From positions 52,638,001-52,702,000 of the forward strand of contig JAGIQG010000016.1 in NCBI GenBank assembly GCA_024679065.1: DNA of 64,000 bases, written 5' to 3'. This document shows, piece by piece, positions 53,100-64,000 of the stretch. A program made the position numbers and the translations under genes. Each line of letters opens with the position of its first letter. Positions within the stretch are counted from its first letter, which is position 1. This stretch comes from Sphyrna mokarran (Eukaryota). Under the pieces are notes generated by a model. The model was not told the origin of the DNA and ran no database searches. It saw nothing but the letters and a program-made list of their open reading frames with translations.

Positions 53100-53460
53100 T
53101 CACAGTTTCTTGTACAAGGACACACAAATTCCTTGGAGAAGAACACCAACTTTTAATAGTTTCTCGCCTTTAATAAATAGTTTTCCTATTCCTCCTACTA
53201 AAGTGAATAAATCCCCTCATTATTTTCCATCTGGCATCTTCTTATCAGTCAAAAAAGCTATCTATATTTCTTTGAAGACTTTTTGTATCATCTTGACAAC
53301 TTACTTTTCCAATTAGCTTTGTATGGTCAGCAAATTTGGATATATTACACTTGGTCTCTTTATCTAGGGTGTTAATATAGACTGTAAATAGCTTAAGCCT
53401 CAGCACTGTTCCTTGTGAAAGAATGTCATCCTGAAAGTGGCACATTTATTCCTATTCTCT
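53100..53460 (-). mobile_element. CR1 RT fragment
   Basis: QGTVL...LFTVYIN.LD..TKCNISKFADHTKL. Confidence 0.8.
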
Positions 53461-54349
53461 TGCTTACTATCCTTTCTCTATTCCTATATCTTATATCCAT
53501 GCTAACATATTGGGCAGAATTTTCCTGTCTGGCTGTCACGGGATTCATAGTGAGTTGGGACAGACCATGGAAAGGTTTGTTAACTTCAGGTGGCAATTTC
53601 TGGCAATATCAGCCATTACCTTGAATCCCATGCATCCTTGTTTTGTGTAATAACTTATTGTGTGTTGTGGTAGGCCATTTACATTAAGATCAGAAGGTGA
53701 AATAGAACAGTCCAATTTGTACTTGTATCTTTTACTTGTTACTTTGTCCTGTTTGAAATTTGTGAGCTTTGAAGTTTAACAAAGACTTTTTTTTCACTGT
53801 TAGCTCATTGGTAAATACTAAAGCAGAGTATCATGAATTGTTAGATTTGGCAATTCTAATTCTATGCAAATTAATGCAAACATTAATTTAAACATTTGAA
53901 GAACAGTGACACTATCAGCACTCTTATTATGAAGTAAATTGAACATCAGCTTTCTACACATACATTGTTAAATGTGACAGTCTGATTTTCCCTGCAGCTT
54001 CACAAGCTGTATTACATTAGTATCTCATTGATGACCATGGCATTAAGGGACTTGAAGGGCATAAAATTGTTGTACCTAACCACTAAATACATCAAAAGAA
54101 GGTTAAAGCTGGTGCATTTGGATGTATATGAATTTTAATGGCTTGTTGAGTCTTAATTATTGCCAAACAACATCTATGGTTCTGAATCTTTAATTTTACA
54201 ACTTTGGAGTCTCATTCCTTCAGAATTTAATTATTGGATTTTTTTTACTGCTTTCTGTCCTTCATCTCTCTCACTTATAATTCTATCCTTTTTGCTTTAT
54301 CAACATGCTAAATAAATAATCTAAGTTGTATTTCTGATTTAGACTCCAC

Positions 54350-55051
54350 GGGCCAGATTTTGAGATTCCAAAAATGGCACAACAGAGCAGGATAGTATAA
54401 AATGACAGTCATATAATACGGGCAGAGGCCTCTCTTTCATTTTTCCTATGTTGCTGGTGTGGAGCAGGAAACCCTCCTACTAATGTCAGAAGGCCCAAGG
54501 CTGGATCTTGCAGGACTTTCACTGGAGTGAACAGGCTTCGGTGGCCAATTGCAATCCTGCTGACTGAGAAGAAATGAGAATGGCCACATAGTTGTGACAG
54601 CAGATCAGAAAGATAGGTTAGAGGATTTTTAAACTATGAATTATGATATTGGAGGCAAGTTAACATTCAGGGAAGTCAGTAACAAAGGGGATAGGGAAAG
54701 GGGGATGACTCCATAAAAGGGCCAAATTTTGGAAAGGCATTAATTTTGATGGGCCCTCCTTCACAGCCTGGGAGACTCAAAGCTGCATTTTAACTGTCAG
54801 CAACTGAGGCTCAGACTTCACACTTGGAAGGAACTGTTGGACCTACTGAAAAAGTAGTGGTCAATGTGGACCCACTTCATGACCTTCTAACCTTGGATCT
54901 GCCGATTGAGATGACAGACCCACTGCTGCCTGCATAAAGTGTGGTCTTCCACTGAGGAAATAATATTTCCCAGCAGCCTAGAAACAGGGTTGGAATCATG
55001 ACAAATCATTTCTGCTTCCTGATTCTCACTTCCAATGGTAAAATTCAGCCC
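54350..55051. mobile_element. MITE or non-autonomous DNA transposon
   Basis: Imperfect TIRs gggccagatttt / aaaattcagccc. Confidence 0.5.
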
Positions 55052-55917
55052 TACACCTAATCAGTCTGATTAGTTGAAAAGATACTGCTTACATAAGACT
55101 CCAGATACCTTGTAGAGGTCACTAAACTGAAAAGAATCTTGAAATATCATGGTTATTGCTTGAAAGCCCGCAAGTAGCATGTGCACAGCTATAAGTTTAA
55201 TGAGTAACTGGTGCTTTTTCTTTAATCATTGACAGCAAAATGGGAGCCTATATCTTGAAACTTCTTCCCTCTAACTCTATACTACAAGGCTTCACCTTAT
55301 GTTCCTGAGTGACCTATAAAGTCAACAAATTGTAACACCCTAATTCTACTACAATTACTTGTTGCTTAAAATTATAGTTGCATTCTGACAAATGTAACTT
55401 TAAGTGAGACAAGTGAAGTAGATTTTCCCATTACAATCAATGAAAAAAACCATAATTACATTCATTAGGACCTTTCTCATCAGAAAAAGAAATGAAAACA
55501 TTAAACCCTATAAATTGAAATACTATACATTCTTAAATTCATAAATGAAATATATCTTTTCATTAAAGTAAAAAAATGCAATTCAACGTGGCTAAATGTG
55601 AAGTAGTACACATAAGAGTGAAAAATAAAAGAAAAGTATTATTTAAATGGTCATTGGATAACTCCCATGAGGTCCATTGGGAATAATGAATTGGATTCCC
55701 CAAGGAGCTCATTGAGTAAGAGTTCCCCTGGTAACAGGCACCTGCCCAGCTGGAACTCATGACTTAAGCCTTTCATAAGACAGGCCCAGGATTGGGCCTG
55801 CTGAACTGTAGTTCCAGGAAGGGAATAGTATGTATACACCACAGTAGTGGTCTTATTTTGCATTCTGTAAATAAAATATGTTCCTCCCAGTTTACCTGAT
55901 TGCTTGAATCATTATCT

Positions 55918-56093
55918 TGATGATGAGGAACAAGGAAAGTTATGAACAGCCTTGCCTTTGAATGAACCCAGTAAGACAGTGACAGGAAGATATTGAAAAT
56001 GCTACTATGACGATGAGGAACAAGGAAAGTTATGGACAGCCTTGCCTTTGAATGAACCCAGTAAGACAGTGACAGGGAGATATTGAAAATGCT
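55918..56093. repeat. 90-bp-period tandem duplication (86-bp unit, 3 mismatches)
   Basis: 55918-56003 vs 56008-56093. Confidence 0.95.
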
Positions 56094-57266
56094 GTTGTTT
56101 GGGAAACTGAAAACTTACCATCCGTATGTGGAAGATTGGTCCTCAAACGCCAAAAGGAAGATATATTTTTTCTGGGCAAATGAGGTAGACAGGGACAACT
56201 GACAAAAAGTAATCTTCTTGACCATTTGTGGGGCCCCAACTTTCAACATTATAAAGAGTTTAACCTACCCAACTGTCCCAGTTCAAAATCCTCCAATGAA
56301 TTTGTAGAGATTGTATCAAACCTCTACAACTCTGTCTTTGTTCCATTGCAATACTATATGTATATCACGGCAAATAGACTCCCTAGGGAACTTGTCACTG
56401 AATTCTTGATAAAATTGCAGAAATTGGCAGAACACTGAGTATGGGTCATCACTTCTGGAATTATTAAGGGGTCATTTTGATATGGAATTAATATTATAAC
56501 TCAAAGGAAGCTACTGACTGAATGAACTCTAGACCTCAAGAAAGCCATAGAATTGGCCCTTTTCTGTGAAAACGTGGAAAAAAGGGCCTAGGAATTTCAG
56601 GGTGGGGTACCAGCCCCAGCCTTGAACAACTTGATCCCGCAGAACCTAGTATCCGTAGATAATGCTCACATTTTCCATTTGGAATCAAGAAAAGGTGATT
56701 GAAGATGGAGGCTGCGAGATTGCAGAATTAGATGGGAAGAGTGCAGGTAGTGCATCACTACCTGCATCTATGCTGCAGGTAGTGATAGGATCTGCCCCAG
56801 ACAAGACTATCTGAAACAGGCAAAACGCGTACAGCTCAAGCCAAAGGGCAAAGCCACCTTAGGATAGGGTTTTGCAAATAAATCAACCTAAGAATAAGAA
56901 ATTGATGCAGCTAAATTGCATTGCTGCACCCAAAATGGCTCCAATTGAGATTAAACTCCAGGAAAATAGCCACCTCCAGAATGGAGGTAGACACAGGAGT
57001 CGCTGCACTATTATTGGTGAACAACTTGCCTATAAGCTTGCAGGACATCAAGTCTAAGTTGGCTACATACACTTACATATTATTGAGGCCAATTAAACCC
57101 AATTGTGCACAGGCAACAGATAGTCTGAATCTCCCTAATAGCGGTGCAAGGACTAGGGCTCTGTCTTCTGGGAAGGGACTGGCTACAGAAAATTCACTTG
57201 GATTAGAAACATCTTTAAAACGGGCACTGGCAATTTATATTAAAAAAATCATTGGAAAGTGCTAGG

Positions 57267-58008
57267 GTACCAGATCAGAAATTCAAAGTTATATTATGAA
57301 GGTAGACGAGCCCCAACAATTCTGAATTTTGGTATTAATGTCAGATTTCAATGTTTCATTCAATGCATGAGTCTACTGATACACTGAGAAGCTTTTATCA
57401 AAACAAACTTCATTTAACAACATAGTTTAATTGCAATAACTGAATTAGCTTACTCTTTAACAAATGAATACTACTTAAACATGACAAGAAACAAGTCTTA
57501 ACTTCTAACCTATTGGTGAGTTCCACTTCAAGCAATATTCCTTTTATAGACTTAAAGCCCTTCTTTAAAATTAGTTAGCAAAACATGGGCCTACTTGCAT
57601 ATCTTAGATTAATAGTTTTGGAGCTTTCAGAACAACTCTGGAGAGAGACAACGAGATACCCCATTTACTTCAGGCAGCCCATCTGCAACTGCTTGTATTT
57701 TAAACTGAAAACAGTATTTACTTCCTGCAAGTATTCAGTTCCTCCCATAAAGCACATGGCTCCGTCCCATCAATCAACCTAATCAAAATTTTCCACTGAA
57801 ACTCGCAGGGAAACCCAAGTAAAAACAAATGCATTTGCTCTGTTTAAAACAAGCATTCCAGGTGTAAAATGAATAGTAGTGTTCCCAGCAAACAATTTAA
57901 AGGTTTTGCTTGACAACTCAACACACGGCGAAACAGATTTAATGCTAAACATACCCCATTTGAGAAACATGATATGAATATATTCCTTTAAGGCACAGTA
58001 TTATTACA
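57267..58008 (-). mobile_element. Insertion (probable solo LTR) within the Gypsy pol
   Basis: Interrupts ...VLG / KYPEVFQE; begins tgtaata on the minus strand; non-coding. Confidence 0.5.
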
Positions 58009-61008
58009 TAAGTATCCCGAAGTGTTCCAAGAAAGCCTCAAGAAAATTAGAGATACAAAGCCCAAGATCTATGTGGACCCAGAAGCCTGACCTCACTACT
58101 CCAGGGCATGACTAGTTCCCTATGTCCTTTGTGCCAAATTTTAGAGGCCTTATTGAAATATCTAGAGGAACTTTACATTATTCATCCAGTACAATTTTAT
58201 TAGTTGGCTGTGCCAGTAGTCCCAGTTTTCAAATCTGACAATTTAACTCTTCTTTGTTGGAATTATAAATTGATGGTCAATACAGCCTCCCGCTTAGACA
58301 TACCCTATCTACACAGAGAAGACTTATATGTGAAACTGGCTTGGTAGGGCTCACATATTTTCCAAATTAGACATGAGCCATGCCTACCTCCTACTGCAGC
58401 TTGAGGCATATCCAGGAAATATGCCCATCATAAATATTTGCAAAGGACTGTATGAGTATACTCGCTTGCCCTTTGGGATATCTTCAGCTTGCTCCATTTT
58501 TCAAAGGAAGATGCAGAATATCCTTCAAAATGGCAGTCTATCTGAATTACATCTTAATCTCAGAAGCTACTGCAAAAGAACATTTGGAGAGTTTAAAGGA
58601 TACCTTTATGATTTTTTCCTGATGCTAACACCCAACTAAAAAGGGAAAATTATGTGTACTGGGTCAACGAGATAACATACATTGGATACAAAGTTGACGA
58701 AGACGGATAATAACCTGTTGAAAAGAAGCTGAAGGTCATAAAAGGGACTCTTGATGCCAAAGAACACAACGGAGTTGAAGTATTTCCTAGGTCTCATAAA
58801 TTACTATGGAAAATTCATACCAAACTTGGCAACCCTGCTGGCACCCCTCCATGTACTATTAGAAAAAAATCAGAAATGCCAGAAGAGAAAACCTTTGCAA
58901 ACATCAATCAACAATTGCTGTCAACAAATATCCAGCCCATTATGATCCTCTGAGATCATTCATTGTAACCTGCGATGCCTCTCCCTATGGGTTAGGAGTG
59001 ACATTATGTATTGTTGGAATGATGGGACAGAATACCCAATTGTGTATGCATCACGAATCCTTGTGGATGCAGACAGAAATATGCCCAGATTGAAAAAGAA
59101 AGTTTGGCTGTGGTGCTTGTGGTAAAAAGTTCCACCAGTACATCTATGGTCAGCATTTCACCACAGTAACCAACCACAAACCTCTGCTTGGCCTCTCCAA
59201 GGGGAACAGGGTAATTCCCCCATCACATCAGCCAGATCCAATACCGGACGCTGCTATTAAGCGCCTATGAAAACACCCTAGTACATCATCCAGGGAGACA
59301 TATAGCCAATATAGATGCCTTGAGTTGCCTGCTACTACCCACCAGCCTACCTTCAACTCCAAAGATGAATGAAATTGTCTCAACTCAGAACTTCTTGGAC
59401 ACTTAGCCAGAATCCACCAAGCAAATCCAAGGCCTATGTTGGTGAAACTGCATCAGATTGTCCTAAATGATGGACCAGAAGAGTTGGAAGAATTTGACAC
59501 CTTATCTCCCTAAATATCAGGAGTTGAGTCTAGAAAATGGCATCATCTTGTGGGGTGCCTGATGGTTATCCTGTGTCCATACCAGTGATGAATACTTCAA
59601 GAATTGCAAAATGACCATGCAGGAATTTCTCGCAAGGAGCTATGTTTGGTGGCTTGGCTTAAATAGTGATATCAAGTGAGAAAGTCAGGCAGGGAAGCAG
59701 GTAGTAGGGGAAAGTCAGCAAGAGAGAATGTCTCACACACGTTCCGTCGGCCCTAGTGCAAAGTGATACTAAAGCAGAAGTTCCAACACTAAGTGTGTAT
59801 ACTGGCCCTAATAGAGGCAATGCTAAAGCAAAAATAAATGCAACTCAAAATAAGGATCTCTTGTCTTCAAAAGTGTCTTGAAATTCTCCGAATTCTCTCT
59901 CTGCTGTTTTAGAAAGAATATTTATCCCTTTTTTTTGTCTAAAAATTTAAAAAATAACAGAAGGAGCAATTGTATTATGTTGCTAAGGTCTTAAGAGTTC
60001 ACTAACCAGTGGTAAAAGATTGGCTGAAAACTGCCAAATTGGTCATCGGAATAAACATTATTGCAGAATTATTTAATATCTTGCAAATACTGGTTAGGTG
60101 ACTTCAAGGTGATAGCATTGTGATGGGGGCAGTACTTTACAATGTTTAAAAAATACTTTTAAAGTAGAAATTTCTGAAAATAATCACAAAAAAATTGTAA
60201 ACATTTCTATGAACAGTTGAAATATATTACTATAAAAATCAATTCATTAATTACAATTTTTTAACACCAGAGGGCAAGCTTGGCTCAAACAACTATCTGA
60301 TCATAAATAACTCATCTCAAACCAAACTGTGAAAAGGCAAAAATGTCATTCAGCTGCAATATCAACTGTATGGAATAAATCTACAGATGTATTTAATTTT
60401 TACTATTTCCTGCCTCTTCAATGTCATAATTTATTTTCTCCTGGCTCATCTATATCTTCCTTTACCTTAGCAACCTATTCCCAGGCCTTAGAGGATAGTA
60501 CTTTTATTGTTAGTTAGAGAGCACAGAGGAAACAACTGAGCCAAAACAGGCATGCCTTATCACTTTATGACAATATTGGTGCACATTTTGTCACCTTAAT
60601 GTAAATAGGTTTTCCAATTTTGTTGTATATTTTTAATATAACTGTCAATTTACCAGGTGCATCGAAATTATATTTATGCTTTTAGAAAGAAATCATTAGA
60701 GCAATCAACATCAGGCTAAATCAGTAAAGGTACACTTATTAAGTATGTTATTTACTCAGCAAAGCAAACTGAGCTACTTGGGCATATGCTTCTTTACAAA
60801 TTTATTCAGACACAAGTTAGGCTTTAATTAGCCTGATGATATTATAGAGAATTCCCAGCAAGAATATTTCATATTTATTCTGTAATTTGTTTTACTGGTG
60901 CTAAAATAAGCAAGTGTAAAATGTTTCATTAAGTGGAAGTTTTATCAACTAAACAAGAAAAATCGTAAATATATATTATGAAATGTCATCATTATTTGTC
61001 AGACTTAC

Positions 61009-61118
61009 CAATTCTTGAGGTGCACTCATAAACTGGAGTTTCATCTGCTTCAGGTATGTGGCAGTAATGGGCATATTATAATCTATCATGCCAGCCAATG
61101 AGGAAGGTCTTTCATTTT
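61009..61118 (-). CDS. NOL4L: NOL4L coding exon (110 nt): (E)NERPSSLAGMIDYNMPITATYLKQMKLQFMSAPQEL
   Basis: Hand-translated. Acceptor tttattttacag|, donor TTG|gtaagt. IDYNMP..TYLKQMKL is the NOL4-family motif, and the frame joins the 112-nt exon exactly. Confidence 0.95.
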
Positions 61119-61221
61119 CTGTAAAATAAACTATATTATGATTTATTGTTTCCATGCATCAGGAATGAAATTAATTGTTGCTGCAGAAATATACCAGATT
61201 CAATAAATCTTCTGCATTTAC

Positions 61222-61333
61222 CTTTTGAGTCCACACCATTCGGGTTTATATGCATTCGCTTTTGACATTCGGTGCAGCTCATTAGAAACCTTGTCACTGC
61301 TTCTCTTGGGAGAAATGCATATGTCTCAGCAAT
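61222..61333 (-). CDS. NOL4L: NOL4L coding exon (112 nt): IAETYAFLPREAVTRFLMSCTECQKRMHINPNGVDSK + 1 nt
   Basis: The translation matches the NOL4/NOL4L N-terminal CxxC block; IAETY and SCTEC are NOL4L-type. Acceptor ...caaaaccag| has an upstream ctaac branch-like motif, and the donor is G|gtaaat. Phase 0 in, phase 1 out, compatible with the next exon. Confidence 0.95.
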
Positions 61334-62602
61334 CTGGTTTTGAGAAATGGAGAATATTTCAGTTAGGATGAAATCACTGTTTGATTTACGAAGGCAATGT
61401 GTAATTGAAGACATAAAATTGTGCTGGACAGAAAAGAAATCTTCTTTCATGCTTATTAAACACCTGTCACTTCATGATTTGATCTGTATAATCATTAAGT
61501 GTTAGCATTTGTAGATTACAATAAAATTGTTGCTACAATATAAAGATTTCATTGGTTGCCACAGAAACCCAGCACATTTTTAGAATGATCTAAACAGTTG
61601 GTTAGCATACTATATGATTTATAGTTAAGATTCAGATAGTGGAAATACATACAAACAAATATATCCAAGTTACTCGTATACATGACATTGCAAATTTTAC
61701 TTACTTTATTCATTATCAGTGGAAACTTAGTTTTTAAAAATAGCTTTATTAATGGTTAATTGCAATATTTACAAGAATATTTGTTTAAGAATTGAAGTAG
61801 TGTACTGAGAAAAATCAACACAATACAAAGCACAATTACATTTCAACCTCACAAGATTTTATAAATGAAAGCACTTAGAAGTAACTTTATTGGCTCTTTT
61901 CAATGTGCAGACTATAGCGTTTTTATTTTGTATTTCTTCATTAGATTTTCAAACAACTATCCATGTGATAGTTACATATCCTTGTTGCATTCCAGGCATA
62001 ACTTTCCTGGCATGCCATATCATTGATGTAAAAATATTTATAATATAATTTTTTGGAATTACTGCTCTAATTTCTCTTTCCTACATCCTACTTGTAATCA
62101 CTCCCTCCAGCTTCCAGTGGCCACAATTCCCCAACATCAGTAATGGTCACCCTCCTGAGTAAAGGTCACACTTGATTCTCTACTTACACCAAGGGACAAG
62201 ATCATGATCATTTACTGCCAGACAACTTTTAACATGTCTCTTTGGAGCAAGTACAATTTTAAGTTGTCTTAATCACATTATTTACTTTCTACAGATAGTC
62301 TACAGATTGATCCATATTGTTTGCTGGTTATGCAAACCATAAACATCATAAGTGTATCATTCTGATTCAGTGTATCCTGAGAGAAAATGTTAACATTGTA
62401 GGTGACGAAGAATTATAAAATCTTCAAAATAAACTAAACCAGTATAAGCAAGAAAAAATGTTCAGCTTCTATTTCAATTTTTAGAATATGAAAGATCATC
62501 ATCAACAATATGCATTTCTTTAATTTAGCAAATGTCCCTAGGCACATCACAGCAACATTGTAAAGTAAGATATGCCACAGAGCCATGGAATTGGGCCTGA
62601 TC

Positions 62603-64000
62603 ACAGAACATAGAACATTACAGCGCAGAACAGGCCCTTCGGTCTTCGATGTTGCGCCGACCAATTAGGAACAAGCAGTGATCCTCTAACCTAAACCATT
62701 TCCCTTTCATCCATAAACTTACCTACTAACCTCTTAAACGCCACCAAACTTGGCGCATCTACAACTGACGCAGGCAAGGCATTCCATACCCTTACCACCC
62801 TCTGGGTAAAGAACCTACCTCTGACATCTGTCCTAAAACCACCACCCCTTAATTTAAAGCTATGTCCCCTCGTGCTAGCTTTCTCCATCCTAGGAAAAAG
62901 GCTATCACTGTCCACCCTATCTAAACCTCTAATCATCTTATATGTTTCAATAAAGTCTCCTCTTAGCCGCCTTCTTTCTAACGAAAACAACCTCAAATCC
63001 CTCAGCCTCTCTTCATAAGACCTGCCCTCCATATCAGGCAACATCCTGGTAAACCTCCTCTGCACCCTCTCCAATGCCTCCACATCTTTCTTATAATGTG
63101 GGGACCAGAACTGCACACAATACTCCAAGTGCAGCCGCACTAGAGTTTTGTACCGTTGCAACATGACGTTGCGGCTCCGAAATTCAATCCCCCTACCAAT
63201 AAAAGCTAAGACTCCGTATGCCTTCTTAACAATCTTATCGACTTGATTGCCAACTTTCAGGGATCTATGCACACATACACCAAGATCCCTCTGTTCATCC
63301 ACACTATTAAGAATCCTACCATTAGCCCTATACTCTACACATTTGTTATTCCTGTCAAAGTGAATTACCTCACACTTTTCCACATTAAACTCCATTTGCC
63401 ACCTCTCGGCCCAGCTCTGCAACTTGTCCAAGTCTCTCTGCAAACTATAACACCCCTCTTCACTATCTACCACTCCAGCAACTTTAGTGTCATCTGCAAA
63501 TTTACTGATCCATCCCTCAATACCCTCATCTAGATCATTTATAAAAATTACAAACAGCAGGGGCCCCAAAACAGACCCCTGAGGTACACCACTTGTCACC
63601 GAACTCCACGATGAATATCTCCCATCAACCACCACCCTCTGTCTTCTATCTGCTAGCCAATTCCTAATCCAATTAGCTAAATCACCCTCTATCCCATACA
63701 TCTGCATTTTCTGCAGAAGCCTTCCATGGGCCACCTTATCAAACGCCTTACTAAAGTCCATATATACCACATCAACCGCCTTACCCCCATCCACCTCTTT
63801 GGTCACTTTTTCAAAAAACTCAATAAAGTTAGTAAGGCACGACCTACCCTTCACAAAACCATGCTGACTATCCCCAATCAATTCATTTCTCTCTAAATAA
63901 CTATAAATCCTATCCCTAATAATTCTCTCCAATACTTTGCCCACAACAGAAGTAAGACTCACCGGCCTATAATTCCCAGGAAAGTCTCTATTCCCCTTCT
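62603..64000 (-). mobile_element. Young CR1 LINE: uninterrupted ORF2 RT and C-terminus (62691 to beyond 64000), 3'UTR and tail
   Basis: The frame is open from the window edge (KGNRDFPGNYRPVSLT) through [21 protein letters not shown] and KFADD to the stop; tail gttctatgttctgt. Confidence 0.97.

Larger units (their letters stand above)
55690..59680 (+). mobile_element. Gypsy LTR retrotransposon, decayed and 3'-truncated
   Basis: LTR-like block with aataaa (~55870), PBS-like tga(t/c)gatgagga, gag start MLLFGKL (56089), protease MEVDTG, RT RLPFGISSA..IFQR and FLGLINYYGKFIPNLA, RNase H CDASPYGLG, and integrase start ARSYVWW. Confidence 0.85.

Noticed and set aside
55918-56093. CRISPR-like repeat array
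   Set aside because: Only two adjacent copies with no unique spacers, in a vertebrate retrotransposon context.
61009-61333. Assignment to the paralogue NOL4
   Set aside because: IAETY, SCTEC, TYLKQMKL and MSDxTW...SPSQ match NOL4L as I recall it, rather than NOL4 (ISESY, SCSEC, AYMKHMKL). A phylogeny or synteny check would be decisive.
61136-61450. 104-aa ORF as a complete gene
   Set aside because: Only 61333-61222 is exonic; the rest is intron read-through bounded by clear splice sites.

Overview
Eukaryotic, AT-rich, repeat-dense vertebrate DNA, almost certainly from a cartilaginous fish (shark-type CR1 LINEs, V-SINE/HE1-like and Deu-type SINEs, Penelope-like elements, Gypsy remnants); the species cannot be fixed from the sequence. 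The window lies inside the NOL4L gene on the minus strand. Three in-frame coding exons were reconstructed by hand (61333-61222, 61118-61009, 27154-27013), joined by a 103-nt and a 33,854-nt GT-AG intron. The latter two exons are absent from the ORF track. A CpG island at ~39.7-40.6 kb carries a perfect CRE, a CCAAT box and a strong AG|GTGAGT donor. It looks like an internal promoter and first exon for a short NOL4L isoform starting at MSDTTW. The most notable observations are a decayed duplicate of this promoter core ~1.25 kb away, wedged between two retroelement ends; hammerhead-ribozyme-like cores in Penelope-type repeats, two of them as direct repeats ~600 bp apart; isoform-specific uORFs; a ~10-kb nested transposon pile-up inside one L2 element; a Gypsy element with a duplicated primer-binding region; and a young CR1 with an uninterrupted RT frame. 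No CRISPR array, rRNA or intact tRNA was seen. Repeat family names come from recognised motifs, not database searches, and repeat boundaries are approximate.
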